A stretch of DNA of 64,000 bases from Rhizodiscina lignyota (lineage: Eukaryota), in the NCBI GenBank assembly GCA_010015805.1, contig ML978136.1:372001-436000 (forward strand). The letters are read 5' to 3'. Positions 24,060 to 37,816 of this stretch are shown here, in pieces. The notes under the pieces were generated by a model, which did no database searches, was not told where the DNA came from, and was given only the letters and a program-made list of their open reading frames with translations. Each line of letters opens with the position of its first letter. Position 1 is the stretch's first letter. The position numbers and the translations under genes were made by a program.

Positions 24060-24172
24060 TCCTAATCTTAAAAACAGGACTGAAGTATGTGTAGCCTAGC
24101 ATAGCACTGGCGTCATAACCAGGCGTCTTTTTCAATGGCGAGATGGGACCATTAGGTATATGAACCATCCGA

Positions 24173-24719
24173 TCATAATTTGACCCCACCTTCGTCCTCA
24201 TCCTCGCTATCGCTATCATCTCGCTCTTCCGTCTTCCCAGCAGGTCCCATTCTGCCTATGATAGCACTCTCAGGAGCATCCACCGGAACAAAGGCATACG
24301 TCCTTGCAGCCCTCTGCTCTCCCTTCCAACCACCACCACCCTCGATATTCCCAAGCGTTCGTGCGTGCTTATAGCCTGGAAACAGATTCGCATCGAATTT
24401 CCAACTCCGTTCTACGCGGTATCCAGAGTGCCGCGCCAAGTCACGGATGTTCCAGAGAGTATACGGTTCGCCTTCGAAGAGGGTGACGAGGACAACTCCG
24501 GCATCGCGTGCGAGGAGGGAAAGTGAGGCGCGGAAGAAGGACACGAGGAGGGATTGGTTTGCGCGGACTTGACGATTCACGTCGGTGGATTTGCCGCCAA
24601 TGTGTGGGAAGTTGAAGGATATAATGTCCCATCCTCTCTCAGGTTGTGATTTTTTTTCAGGTTGTGATTTTTCGCGGTAGGGTTCGATACGATTGCCATC
24701 TGAGTCCCAGCCATCTTCG

Positions 24720-24751
<32 letters not shown>

Positions 24752-25355
24752 GACGTCCATACCATCCTGATCAGCTAACATCTCCTCTTGCACAACCAGG
24801 CACGGATACGGTGGTTTAGCGATAGCTTTGTGGGTCAGCTTGGTCGCGTCTATGTCGTACAGCACGCGCGCTCCATGTTTATCGAGAAACGAAAGATGAT
24901 TGCTCGCTTGTGGATACTTCTCCATCAAATCTTCGCGATGGTCAAAGCACGTTGCCAGGACGTATTTGCAGCGATGATATGAGACTAGAGACTTCGCGAA
25001 GGAGAAATCGCCTACTCATCCATTAGAACGGTTCCTTGATGTACGTGAATACGTCCGTTATAGTCGAAGGATACATACCTTCTCCAATAAGTAATATCCG
25101 ATCGTTCGTCCCATACGGTGTAGGCATAATGGGAGCGATCGTGTCCTTCTTGGGTTTCTTCTTGTTCTTCTTGTTCTTCTTGATTTCGGGCGCCTTCGTT
25201 TTCCTTTGCTGCTGTTTCATCTTTTCGGTTCTGGCCTTATGAATAGCGAGAATTCTTTCTCGCTTCTCCGCTTTTTTGCTCTTGCCGCGAAGCATGAGTT
25301 TTCTCTCCTGCCCCTCTTCCCACTTCTTCTGTTTTTTGGATTTTCCCTTCCCCAT
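24173..25355 (-). CDS. BMT5: 25S rRNA (uridine-N3)-methyltransferase, DUF2431
   Basis: Lys-rich N-terminus; ILLIGEG/DFSFA; IDAT; FNFPHIGGKSTDVNRQVRANQ; YTLWNIRDLA; GYKHARTLG. Confidence 0.92.
24718..24750. repeat. (TCA)n microsatellite encoding poly-Asp in BMT5
   Basis: About 10 tandem TCA units. Confidence 0.9.
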
Positions 25356-25425
25356 TTTGTTGTCATGGCGCAATTGCAGCGCGTTGCCAGAACTGTGAAA
25401 GTCTGAGATGTGGAAGTGTTGAACA

Positions 25426-25434
25426 TGAAATTTT
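25426..25434. promoter_or_regulatory. RRPE-like element
   Basis: TGAAATTTT ~70 nt upstream of the ribosome-biogenesis gene BMT5. Confidence 0.35.
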
Positions 25435-26598
25435 GGCGCGGGCCTGCCGCGCGCTTCGGCTACGATAACGGAACGATCCGAGATGGCGGAAGCCCGCCCT
25501 GTGGCGGTCAGCATATGGGACAAGGATGCGGATCCATGCTCCACCGTAACGTCTTCCGAAAGACGAAGCTCTTTTCCAGCTTTCTACGACCTTTGATCTT
25601 TGACTCCACTGAGATTTATTGGTTAATAACAAAATCATCGCTCTCCTCTTGTCTAGTGCGATAATGCGAAAGCTATTATACCAGCAAGCATCGTTTACAT
25701 AGGGCGAGAGTGGCATCATGCGTATTACAGTAGACCCGTCACATTCAGATCACATTCTGCAGAAGTGGCTTGAGATCGTGAATCAGCTGCGCCCCTTTAC
25801 CTTATTTGCAGTCTCAGGATTGTCATCTGAGATGAAGACCATATAGTCCAAATGCACTCGGATCGCGGAGCACCAGCGCAATTTAGAGCTGCTTCGTCAC
25901 CCTCACGGTGAGCTGTGCAATATCTCGACGTCAACCCAATAGCAATACGATACATGAGCGCATAGTACAATCATATTATCTCATAAAACACAACCCTATG
26001 ATAGCGGCAATTTAAGCAATGCTCCTGTACTTTCGGGGGAATTGGCTTCGCCAAAGCCGAGTTTCATTGAGCGCCATAATCTCGTAGAGCACATCACTGA
26101 AAACGTTACAGACAACTTGCACAAAATTAATATATACCACCGAAAGTATTCTGAATACTAAAATTACAATGCTAAGTGTCATCAGGACGGCACGGCTACC
26201 TATGTGCAGAGTTTCGCCAGCCGAGAAGAACCGGCTGGTACATCAGCCACTTTGAGCCACGAGCTTGTCCTGCACCATGACACAAATCGAGAAGAGAAAA
26301 GAAAAGTTCAGCTGCTAGCGTCCCAGCAACGCTATCCAACAGCGCAGCCAGCCCCGCCATCAGATTTGCGATATCAACTTCCACTGATGCCGTCCATCCG
26401 GTGATATCAGAAACAGCCGCACTTGATCCTTGAGACGAGGCAAACCCAGAAACGATCTAGCAAACGCAGTAGCAGCCCAGGCATGGCATCTGATCGTTCG
26501 CAGAGTCAAAAGTTGAGAAGAAAGTCGAGAGTGTTTAAGTACAGGTCAGTCTTTTTGTCGCAGCCACAACGTTCGAAATGGTACTGAGAACGATTCAC

Positions 26599-29162
26599 TC
26601 AGTGAGTGAGCAGATTGATCTTGGCGATATCATTCTCGCCGAATGGCTTGCCGCACGTCGGGCACTTGCGTGAGCGCAACTTGATCTGCTTCACGGCGCA
26701 GTCCATGCAGAAGACGTGGTTGCACACCGTGATGATCGCGTCTTTGAAGTTCGTGCGGCAGAGGTGGCAGTACGCGATGCGCTGCAAAAAAAAGTTAGCC
26801 TTTTCTGATCTGAGACTCAGCATGGAGTGAAAGGGACATACTCGCAACATCTCATCCGCTTCGGTCATCTTTCCCTTGGCTTTCTGCTTTAGCTCCTCAT
26901 TACGCTTTGCAGTCTCAGCCAGCTTCGCCTTAGTCTCTTCCAGCTTGATTTCCACTTCACGACGAGCGTGATCTGATTCTGCCTTGTCGTTGTCCTTGAC
27001 GCTAAGAATCTTCTTCAGCTCAACGATTTGCGTTGTCAAGCCTTCCGAGGAGATCGTATAGTCGGTCACTTTCTGTTGGAGAGTGCGAACTTGACTAGCG
27101 AGCACTGCCTGCGCCTCTTTGGCCTCGGAAAGCTGTCGCTCCATCTGCGTCAGCATTGACTTGGCTTGACTCTCCGACTCCTTAAGCTGCGTTACAATCT
27201 CCGAGCTCTTAGCGTTCTGCATGCGCAGCGTTCGGGTCTCGGCATCACGAGCCTCCTTTGACTTCATGGCCGCGAAGTACTTCTCGTTTGCTTTTGCCTT
27301 CTCTGCTGAGAGTCGCGAAACATGCTCCTCCATGCTTGATATCTCAGCAACATTCTTCTTGCCAATTGCCTGAGCCTTCCTCCATGCTGCTTCCATTGCC
27401 GGAAGCTCGTGGCCAATCAACGAGTTCTCTTTCTCAAGCCTCGCGATCTTCTCACGGAGCTCTTCTAGGGATAACGATGAAAGGTCCTCGGAGCCTTCAA
27501 CTTTCAGATCGCCTGCACGCACCTTCAGGCGCTCAATCTCTGATTCAAGCGCAGCAATCCGGCCTTCGCTTGACGCGTTGAGTTCCTTCATCTGGTCGAT
27601 TGAAGCCTTAGATTGTTCGAGGGTCTGCTTGCGAATGTTCAGTTCAGCCGAATATTCATCTCGCGATGTCCTTATCCTAGCAAGGTCCGCCTCGGCCTTG
27701 GCGAGTTCGCTCTCCGCCTCGGTCACAGCTGTGCGAGAGTCCTCCTCAACCTTGAGCCTGTATGCCGTACGCTCAGCTTGTAGTTTCTGGGCTTCTTCGC
27801 GAAGTTCCACGTTGGTTGCCTCCAGATTGTTGATTCGGCGGATAACGTCCTCGTGCTGCGATTTCAGTGCCTTGAAGAGATCTGTCTTCGAGTAATCATC
27901 GTCTGATAACGAAGCAAGGCGAGTATTAAGAGTAGTGACCTGCTCCATGAGCTTCTTGTTCTCGTCTTCCATTTGCGCGAGTTGTTCCTTTCTCTTGTCT
28001 GCTGCTGCCACTGCAGCCCTCCTCTCAGCCTCCATGTTCTCATCCAGAACAACAGCCTTGATCGCTCCATTTGTATCCTCCACATCCGGCTCGGACCTAG
28101 GCTTCGCCGCGGGTTGGGCACCTGGAGCGTGCTCTCCGATCTGGAATACCTTCTGATAGATCTGACTTTTGTTGCGTTCCAATCTCTTCTCGGCCATCAT
28201 GTACCTAAGCGTAGAGTCCTCGAGGCGGTCGTTGAGCTTCTCTTTCTCCGCTGCCAGGCGCTGCAGCTCCACAGTATGGTCCTTCTGTGTTGCCAATATC
28301 TCATTGAGCTTCCGCTGTAACCGCTGTGCATCTGGTGGTGGAGCCGGAATCCTGCCAAAGAGTTCTGTGATCGCGAGTTTGATGGTTGAGGCGTGGGCAG
28401 AGAGATGAGCTTGGAATTTCTCGTTTTCGGCAGTTGGAAGTGTGGTAAGCGTGGAAAGAGCGGTTGAGGGGTCTATATATGTGTCAAAAGATGTATTCTG
28501 TTTGGAACTTGTGGGGAGAAGGCACTCACCGTGAGAGCCGAGGTTGTCGAGGTTGTTCGTGTAGACGCGCAGCTCGTCGAGAAGCTCGAATTCACCGTTA
28601 GCACATTTCATAAGTTCAACTAATCGCGTGAAATGCACATACCTGCGAGAGCCATGCATCTATGATACGGAGATGGTCATCGTGGAACTTGGATTTCTCG
28701 TCAAGTTCGGCGACTTGAGACTCAAGCTCTGTCTTGTCCTTCTTGAGTTGTTTGAATGATCTGAAGATCGCATCCTTACGGAATTCCTGCATGGAGAAAA
28801 CTTGTCAGCCTTGCTGCATCGCAAAGTCAAACTGTCGACAGAGCCTTGTCGCTTGTACGCCAGCAGACTTCCGATCTTGCCTCCAAATATATGATGCAAG
28901 CTTCATAGTAACGCTTGCGCATTCGCAGCTGTTGTATCGTGGTAAAATGATATCTGAGCAGGGTGCGGAATTTGCCTCTCACCTCCATGTTTGGATCCCA
29001 GTCTGCAAAATCCTCTCCCTTCTTGCCATTCACCAGGGTGGCCTGCCTCTTTGGCGGCGGTAAGGCATCATCTGCGTCGGGCACGGTGTTTCGCTTGCGA
29101 GTGTCCTCCATCTTGACAAGGCCAAGTGAAGGGACGCTGACGGAGCGGGCTTCGAGGGTCAT
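26599..29162 (-). CDS. BRE1: H2B E3 ubiquitin ligase Bre1
   Basis: MEDTRKR..PPPKRQAT; AIWRQMQE-like exon (RIWRQI); long coiled coil; KANEKYFAAMK; C-terminal RING CHLC..CNHVFCMDC..RSRKCPTC. Confidence 0.93.
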
Positions 29163-29528
29163 GGAAAAAGGTTGTAGATGGTCTGCAGGTGTAAGGTAGA
29201 GCAGATATAAGAGGGCTCGGCCTCGCAGAGGGTTGTTGAAGGTGTCCCTTAGAGGTAGTGGCTGCTCGCGTGCTACTACATCAACGGGAATCTGGAGTGA
29301 AGGATCTAACATGAAGTGGAGTGGACTCCTTTTGAGGCTGTCCTTACATAAGCAGCGCCAAGCTTAAGCCACACCTAATTTCTTAGCGTCATCTGCAACC
29401 CCACGTCGATTTGGCGAACTGTACCTGACACTAACCTTCACAACATCCTCTCCGCAATGAATTGGTGGCAATAACATCATCCTGGAAGGCGGCTTTGGTC
29501 TTGACATCCGGGGCGGGCAGTTGCCATC

Positions 29529-32064
29529 ATGTCGTCGTCTTTCGGGAGCTCTGCAATTGGTATGTCGCACAATTGCCCAGTCCCCTACCGCATAGTCACT
29601 AACTTCTATGAAAGTATCGTCGAAGAAACTCGCTCCGAAAGCCGGAATCCGCAGAAGACCTGCAGCGCCGGCAGCTCCTTCGCAGCCCTCGAGGCCAGTT
29701 CCAACGCCTGTGACGGAGAATGAAGATACTACAATCACAGCTTCAGAGAAAGGCGCAAGTGCAGTCGAACCCGCCTCCGCCTCCAATAACCCGACACCTG
29801 ATGAGGCAGAGAGTACTGCTGCTGCAAGTCTTCCCGATGTTAACGCGAGTGCAATCGAGACCGCTTCCGCCTCGAACGATCCAACACCTCAAGCTCCAAC
29901 TTCCGATGAAGCAGAGAAACCTACTGGTGATGCAGCTCTCCGCGATCTTAGTGCGGGTGCAATAGAGGCCATTTCCACGTCAAGTGACTCGGCACCTGTA
30001 GCTCCATCTACTGATAGGACAGAAGGAGCTACTACTACCACAACAAGTCTCCCGGATGCCACTGCGAGTGCAATCGAGGGCGTTTCCGCATCGAACGACT
30101 CGGCACCTGAAGCTCTCACTACTGAGATAGAAAGAGCTGCTCCTGCTGCTGCAAGTCTCCACGATGCCAATGCGAGTGCAACCGAGGCCGCTTCCGCGTC
30201 AGATAGCCCGGCACCTGAAGCTCCAACTTCCCATGAGACGCAAGGAGCTGGTGCTGCAGCAGGTCCCTCCGATGCCAATACGAGTGCAATCGAGCCCGCT
30301 TCCGCATCAGATGGCCCAGCGCCTCAACCCCCAGCCACGAACGAGAGGGAGGAAGCTACTGCTCCTGCTCCTGCTCCTGCAAGCCTCCCCGATACCACTG
30401 CCAGTGCAGTCGAGGCCGTATCCGCCTCAAACGACTCGGCACTCCAAGCTCCAACTACTGATGATACAGACAGAGCTGCTGCTGCGAGCAATAAGCGCAA
30501 ACGACAAGCTGCAAAGATTGCTGCAAATAAACGTGCTAGACTTGAGCAACAGCAGCAAGCTGAGAGTAGTCTGCGGGCTCATAGTGCTGGTACCACTGCT
30601 CCTGGAAGTGCTGGTGTCGCTGCCACTGAAGGTGATGACGAGGTCAGACCTATTGAGCAGCCACCGCCAGGAACACAGCCCGCGAAAAAGCCACGCAAGA
30701 TTCGCAAGGACAAGGGCATCCCGAGGAAGAAGAAGGCCGATCAACAACAGACACAGCAGCAACAAGCGGATGGAGCTGCAACAGAGACATCTACGACGCC
30801 AGGCCGAGAATTGAGGCGAAGGGCCAGGAACGCAACGGCTGGAGATACCCCACGCGAGTCGGGGTCCGCTGACATAACCGGAGATGAGGAACACGACGAG
30901 GAGCACGATGAGGAACACGATGAGGAACACGATGAGGAACACGATGAGGAACACGATGAGGAACAAGAACCAGAAGAGCAGCAAAAGAAACGTAGGAAGC
31001 GTAAGGCTACGCCAGAAGAGTTCGAAGACAAGGAGATCGATCCAAAGAAGGCGCGAATGGGTGACTTCTGCCATCTGAGCAAGTACGGGAAAGTATCAAA
31101 TCTCGAGAAGCGAATGCGCAAGGTTGACTGGGTGGCGGTGAAGAGGAGGCGACGTGCACAGCAGACGGCACCGTTGGCGGAAGAAGCGAATGGATCAAGA
31201 CCAGGAACTGCTACTGGCGAAGATGGAAGTACAGAACGTCAGGCGACTGCAGGTGCGGAGCGAGATGAAGAGGATGAGGATGAGGATGAGGAAGAGGATG
31301 AACCGCCGCCAGGAAGACGTCGTACGAAAATCGTTAACGGGGTCGCTGTGATCATTGAGGAGGCAATGGAAGTGGACCGCCATGCGGAGGTCGATCTCGA
31401 CCTTGACAACGCTGATGTAATCGAAGAAGATGATCTTACGGTCCGAATCACCTCTCAAACTTGGCTAGACGTCAACCGCCGCGACCCGAAAGAGCGGCGC
31501 TATGGCCGCAAGAAATCCGATCCGTGGACCATCGAGCAGACCTGTGCATTCTACGATGCACTCAGAATGTTCGGAACAGACTTTATGATCATCAGCAAGA
31601 TGTTCCCCGGTAAGACGCGCCGCCACATAAAGGCAAAGTTTGTGCGTGAAGAGCACGAGGACCCGGAGCGCATCAAGCGCGCCTTGCTCCTCGAGAAAGT
31701 ACCCATGACACTTGAGGCGTACAGCGAAGCGACAGGTATTACGGAGTTCACAGACGCTGATAGAGTCAAGGAGGAGATGGCCGAGATTGATCGGGCCAGG
31801 CAAGAGGAGATTGTCCAAGCGAGAGAGGAGTGGGCAGAAGAGGAGAGGCAGAGGAGAATCATGGAGGCTCAGGAGGGTGACTCGGCTAAGGAGAATTCGG
31901 AGCCAGATGGTGGGAATGGAAAGAAGAAGAAGAAGAAGAAGAAAGATAAGGGTAAGGGTAAGGAGAGAGCAGTTGATCCCTCGATGAGTCCGCGGGCAAC
32001 ATCTGTAGGAGGGTATGAGGACGAAGAAATCATTGGGACTATTGAGGACCTCGATGATTATTGA
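29529..32064 (+). CDS. BDP1: TFIIIB B'' subunit (SANT/Myb-like domain)
   Basis: Short exon MSSSFGSSAI then KKLAPKA..RRRP; WTIEQTCAFYDALRMFGTDFMIISKMFPGKTRRHIKAKFVREE. Confidence 0.9.
29755..30485 (+). repeat. Coding minisatellite, about 7 units of 30-40 aa (ASAIExASASND..AP)
   Basis: Recurring GAGTGCAATCGAG..TCCGC..GACTC..GCACCT..AGCTCC at ~90-120 bp spacing. Confidence 0.85.
30886..30966 (+). repeat. 12-bp tandem repeat (GAGGAACACGAT)n encoding (EEHD)6
   Basis: Six near-perfect units. Confidence 0.9.
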
Positions 32065-32067
32065 TCT

Positions 32068-32151
32068 GGCATTGGACTGACGAAGCGTCGTACTAATGAG
32101 GCATCGGACTGGTGAAGCATCGTAATGATGAGGCATCGGCTGATGATGCAT
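32068..32151. repeat. 32-bp tandem repeat (about 2.6 copies) just after BDP1 stop
   Basis: GGCATTGGACTGACGAAGCGTCGTACTAATGA / GGCATCGGACTGGTGAAGCATCGTAATGATGA / GGCATCGGCTGATGATGCAT. Confidence 0.7.
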
Positions 32152-32331
32152 GGGATTGATAGCAACTTGTGGCCACGCTCAATACGTTATTTTTAGAAGA
32201 CCATAGACCTAAAACACCAAGCGATGTAGAGCTTGATGAGACGTGGTTCAACACAAAATCGAAGCTGTTTAGCTCTTTCTGAAATGTTTCCATTAAATGG
32301 TTCTTCGTGCAAGTCAAGAGCACCCATCCGA

Positions 32332-33051
32332 TCACTTCATCCTCATGGCTTCCATGAATACTCTCTTCTTGTCTTCAATAATATCGTCCACTATCTCCGC
32401 CATGCTCTCCCACTCGACAACACCAGTGCCATGCTTGAAAGTCCAGAGCTCCTCCTCCTCAGCACGCACTTGGAATGCCTGCCAGTTCAAGCCTCTGAGT
32501 TCTTTGGTATGCCCGTTGACATCTTGTGCGGGGCCAGTGAAGATAAGAACGCCTGGGTATCCGGGTTTGGATATACCGGAGACGGATGTTGTTGGTGGAG
32601 CTAGAATAGCTTTCCGTTTGGTAGTTGAGAGAAGATGGTGAAGCCATATGATGACCGTGAGGTGTGCCTGTCCCCCAAGCTCTGTTTTGGACAGTTCCAC
32701 GTCATTTACGTGACTTTGGACTTCTGAATGAGCAGCGTCCGCAATGTCCTGAAATGCCGTGAGGATAGCGTCGAGCATCTCCTCTGCATCTGGGGCTTCA
32801 CTCATCGCTTTCTTGAGCTCATTTCGTAAATCATGAGCCCCTATTGATGCAGAGATAAGCTCTGGTCGTCCAGAAGATGGGTAAGACTCCGGAATTCGAA
32901 GGCACAGACTCGAGCGGTTTTTTGGCTTAAATGTCATCTCTTTACGGGAGGCGTCATACGAGAGTTCGGTGGGATACATGGCTTCCAGCAAACTAAGTTC
33001 ATTTTGCAAGCGGAAAGCATTACCATCGCCGGTTTCTGTTTCTGTTTCCAT
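32332..33051 (-). CDS. RWD domain + DUF1115 protein (RWDD2-like)
   Basis: ELSLLEAMYP, IPESYPS, IIWLHHLLSTTKRK, GISKPGYPGVLIFTG, LNWQAFQVR. Confidence 0.88.
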   Translation of the reverse strand: METETETGDGNAFRLQNELSLLEAMYPTELSYDASRKEMTFKPKNRSSLCLRIPESYPSSGRPELISASIGAHDLRNELKKAMSEAPDAEEMLDAILTAFQDIADAAHSEVQSHVNDVELSKTELGGQAHLTVIIWLHHLLSTTKRKAILAPPTTSVSGISKPGYPGVLIFTGPAQDVNGHTKELRGLNWQAFQVRAEEEELWTFKHGTGVVEWESMAEIVDDIIEDKKRVFMEAMRMK

Positions 33052-33897
33052 GGTCCACTTTAAAGGCTGCGTACTTGGATTGGTACAGCCTGTTCAGTCT
33101 GTTTGTGCCATCTCTTGTTCGAAATGCCGCGTAGCGAGTTCTGCGTAGTGATTTCGGTTCACAATTCGAGGACGCAAAAGGTCGTGAGATAGTTCTAAAG
33201 AGAGATTCTATAGAATCGTATATGGCAATTCGTTAGATTTTAGAGTATGCTCAGAGGATTTTACGAAAATATTGAAGGTCCCTGAGACTCCGATCACAAA
33301 TAGGGTTAGGGTTTAAGGCGTCGCAGATCGAATGACGCAAATTACGCAGGTGAACATGCGCAAAAAGCAGAAAGTAAATAAATTTTACATCACGTATTAA
33401 AAGAGAGCCAGTACACTGGGCGACTCAAATTTGATTAAGGGTTTATGCTGGTTAAGGCATTATGTTGCACATTTCGCGATTCGTAAATTCACAATGTACC
33501 GTACGGAAGTACCAGGGCAAAAACATATTTTAAGGAATTCTCACATTTCTTTATGACACAAGTGCTAAGCGCCGAAACAACTATTATAATACATAAACCT
33601 GCTATATAATCACTACTTATAACTATTCCGAGAGTATTTAGACACATTGAAAGGTAGAAGTAGAATACTTCTCGTCCAACCACATCCGGAAATAGGGGAT
33701 GAACTTTTCCTGCTCCCCGCCAATTGGAGACCCAAATCCGAGGACCGATGCAAATAATGGTTTTAAACGGTTTAAAGCCTGTAGAATCTAAGCAGACTAA
33801 TTTCTGAATCGATTATTCTATTCCAGCCTAAGATTTCAATCTTTGAGCATTCGCTCACTGCTCTTGGCTTCGACAGTGCTCCACAGTAGCTCGCACC

Positions 33898-36223
33898 ATG
33901 GCCATGACTTCTACCAACGGCGCGACTAGTACGGTAGCCAATGGACATACCAATGGCTCTCATAAACCTCCTATCAGAATCGCCGGAGCCTCTGGCGGCT
34001 TCTCCGATCGTCAGAGGGCCATTAGCTCTCTAGCAAAACTCGACATCGAAGTCATTGTAGGGTACGCAATTCTTAAATTTAGGCAGCTTTGATCCTCCAG
34101 TGACGTTTTTTTAGCGACTGGCTCTCTGAATGCACCATGAGTTTGCACGGAGCAGAAAAGGCTGCCAATGACGAACTCCGGGCGGAGGGTAAGCTCACTT
34201 CTGAGCCTGCTGGATTGTACGACCCGACTTTCATGGAGAACCTGTCGCCTGCGCTAGACGACATTGCACGTAAGGGGATCAAGGTCGCTGTCAATGCTGG
34301 AGCAAGCGATACTGCTAGGCTTGCGAGTGTGGTGGAAGAGGAGGTGAATAGAAGGGGACTGGGACTGAAGGTTGCGTATGTGGAAGGAGATGAGGTGACG
34401 GAGACAGTGAAGAGTATGATGAAAGAGGGAGAAGAGTTCCGAAGCTTAATGACTGGAAAGCCGTTGAAAGAATGGGGTTACACTCCGCTATCTGCGCAGT
34501 GCTACCTCGGAGGCGCAGGCATTGCTGAGGCGTTGCGAAGCGGTGCAGACATTGTCATTTGTGGACGAGTTTCAGATGCTGCTCCCGCGGTGGGTGCAGG
34601 AATGTGGTGGCATGGTTGGGATCGCGAAAAGGACTTTAACCAAATTGCAGGCGCTTTAGTCTGTGGACATCTGGTCGAGTGTGCGGCATACGTGTGCGGT
34701 GGTTATTATAGTGGCTTCAAGTCGCTCATGGAAGGCTGTGAGAACCTCGGGTATCCGATTGCTGAACTCGCCGCGGATGGGACGTGTACGATTACGAAAG
34801 AGCCAAATACTGGAGGCGAGGTAAGTGGATGTACTCATACGCCTTGGCTTTGGCTAACGGGCCTTACAGGTGTCTGTAGGTACGGTATCCAGTCAGATCC
34901 TGTACGAAATTCAAGGACCGCTGTATTTCGGGAGGTGAGCGCCGAGAAGTTACCACATTCGTTCTCATGAGTCTAGAGCTGATGCCTACATCTAGTGATG
35001 TAACTGCTGTTCTCGAAGGCATCGTCATGACACAGGAGGGCAAGGACCGCGTGAAAGTTGCTGGCGTCAAAGGCCTTCCCCCTCCAGTGACGACCAAAGT
35101 TGGTTTGACGGCCTTCGGTGGCTATCAAGCCGAGTTCTCTGTATACATCTGCGGCCTCGTAAGTATTTCCACGGTGATTTCAGTCCTGGTTGCTGACTTT
35201 CAGCAGGATCTCGAAGCGAAAGCGGAGTGGATCGAGCGCCAGATCAGGTATTCCGCTGGAGATGCAGTGAAGGAGCTGACTTGCTTCAAATTCCAACTAG
35301 TCGGATACAGTCCGGAGAACCCAAGGAATCAAGAAATTGCCACTGCAGTCCTCAGGATATTTGTGCAAACGAAGAATAAGGATCTTGTGTCAAAGTCGAC
35401 GCTTGATGTCCCTGGTTCGTAAATCGACTGTTCGAGAATCGATGAGTCACATTAACAGTTTACAGGGCTGAATAGATGGGCAATGGACAATGGCCTTCAG
35501 GTTGGGGCAAGACCACACAATTATACTTACTGGAGCTAATTAATGAGTAGGGCTGTCCGGGCTGGACTTTAAGCAACGACCAGCGATTATCCGAAGGAAA
35601 AGTCTACTATGAATATGACGTGACTTTAATACCACAGTCCAGAGTGGAGCATCGCGTCGCTTTGCCATGGATCAATAAGACCCTCGACATTCCACCAGCC
35701 AAGGAGTTGAGAGAGTATCCTCGAGACCAGGCCAGTTATGAGACCAAGGATCCAGTGGACCTGAATAGCTTTGGACCAACAACGAGAGGACCAATGGGAT
35801 GGATCGTCGGAGGAAGATCCGGTGAGTTGCCCTCTCTATAAACTGTACCCTGGGTACTCATTCCTGTGCAGGTGATAAGGCAGCGGACGCGAATGTAGGG
35901 TTCTACGTCCGTCACGACGATGAGTGGGATTGGTTGCGATCGATTCTCACTATCCCTAAGATCAAGGATTTATTAGATCAGGAGTACAAAGGTCGGAAGG
36001 TGGAGAGGTTCGAGATACCGGGAATTCGAGCGGTCCATTTCCTCTTGCGCGAACATCTCGATCGCGGGTTTAATTCCACGAGCACGCTTGACACCCTCGG
36101 AAAGAATGTAAGAAACCGCATCCTCATAGTCTTGTCGGCGCTGACAGTTTGTAGGTTTGTGAGTACTTGCGCGCAAAGTATGTTGATATCCCCAATAAAT
36201 TCCTCCATCGGGGGAAGTTCTAG
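33898..36223 (+). CDS. Acyclic terpene utilisation AtuA-like (DUF1446) protein, multi-exon
   Basis: IRIAGASGGFSDR, DWLSE, KVAVNAG, CYLGGAGI, DIVICGRVSDA, GHLVEC, GRSG/DK..NVG, STLDTLGKN. Confidence 0.92.
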
Positions 36224-37816
36224 TGGTGGAGCTGTGCTGCACAGAGATGAATTGCATTCTTTGGCAATAGGGCGCAGTTGGCGATGATAGTTATGCAAAC
36301 AGCAATGGAGAACTTTGAATCTAAACGCGTTAAACCATCGTTATGTTGCCAGCCTGGAAGGAAGGAAACAAGTGCATGTGAAATTCCAGTCTACTTAGTA
36401 ATCATTCGTCTAACCCCTTTTTCTTCTCTCCACCTCCAGGGCCTCCAACCTCAACCTCGTTCATCTACAAAGCTCTTCAACTGTGTGAAAGAATGTTTCA
36501 GTTTCTAGCACTTAGTTTTCATGTCATTACGTTCATCGTCATTCTGCTTTTTCTTGTCTCCGGCTAAGTAATGTGTCATGTGCCCATCTCCATTCCAATT
36601 CGAGACTTCCCAACGAAACGGCCCCTTAGTTAAAACCCCTCTCAATTTCATCAAAACCGTCGTATTTTCAACGGTCTTAAGAGTCACGAGGCGAGGGGTT
36701 TGCGTTCTCGTTTGATGGTCTCTTCCATCGTGGGCCGTTGGACGTTTCGGTACTCGGCCCCACGAATGACCACGCCCCTCGGACTCCATACAGTCACCAT
36801 ATCAGAACATGATCAATATGGTTATCCAATAACTGTACGGTACTTGGATCTCGGAGACGGATGCAAATGAAATGAGATATGGATTTTGCTTAAAAAAAAA
36901 AGAAAGAAAAAAGAAGTTATTGTCCCAGCTGGACAGTCTGTTTGCTAATTTTTCGTTGCCTCAAGTTTTGAGAATAGAATGCTTTCCCTCGCAAATTTCC
37001 AGATGCCATACGCTCGTAGGATTGCGATTGCATTCCATAAATGCTATGTCGCAAGCTGTATTGAGCAGGGCCAACTCGTCAAATATTTGTTGCATTGCCG
37101 CTGATAGTGGAGCATATACAGACGGGGACCAAGTCAAAGTAACCGCCACTAGAATGCTGTTTCTGAATGCTTTGTATTGTCCACGCAACACTCATCCCTG
37201 GTGGATTCGGTGGAGTCATTCTTGCTATCGTCGGCGCGCTCAGTAATCCAGTTGCTGCTACTCGAGAGCTGATACCCCGGAGTGCTCTCCAGATGCCTCG
37301 CGGGAACCTCACCATTCTTACTAACCTGGCTTAATTGGGATGAAGCGATAGACGTTGAAAGCCTGCACAGAGGGGCAACCAACCCAAAAAGTAGCATAAC
37401 AAAACGTAGCATGGACAAGGTCTCGGAATGCTTTCCTCCCTGCAGAGCTTCTATAGGAAAGAGCTACCCCTGACTTGCATTGAAGGGCTTCGCCTGGGAA
37501 CTACGAGGCGTGGCTGTAGACCTTACCCCGCCCACCCTGATACCAATAATTTACTTAGGCTTGTTATTGCAGCGTCGTTATTGGTACCGTTACAAAATCG
37601 TTGAGGCCTTTGCTGCGAGCATGACCCCTTCCGGCAGTTTTCAAGCATTGATGGAGAGGACGTACTACAGTATAACATAGGTATCTTCCCCTCCTCTCAA
37701 GAGTCTCTTCTGCAGACATACTTCACCACTGAACACTATCACCTCACACCGCCATCAGCATCATCGAACATTACCATCAAACATCATCAAATTCGAACAT
37801 TAAAAAAATCAACACA

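Noticed and set aside
25700..26590. Possible ncRNA in a long intergenic region
   Set aside because: No tRNA, snRNA or snoRNA signature recognisable
30886..32151. CRISPR-like arrays (12-bp and 32-bp repeats)
   Set aside because: Head-to-tail repeats without unique spacers, eukaryotic context, no cas genes
36960..37470. Possible MFS-transporter relic on the minus strand
   Set aside because: Hydrophobic patches only; similarity too weak without blastx
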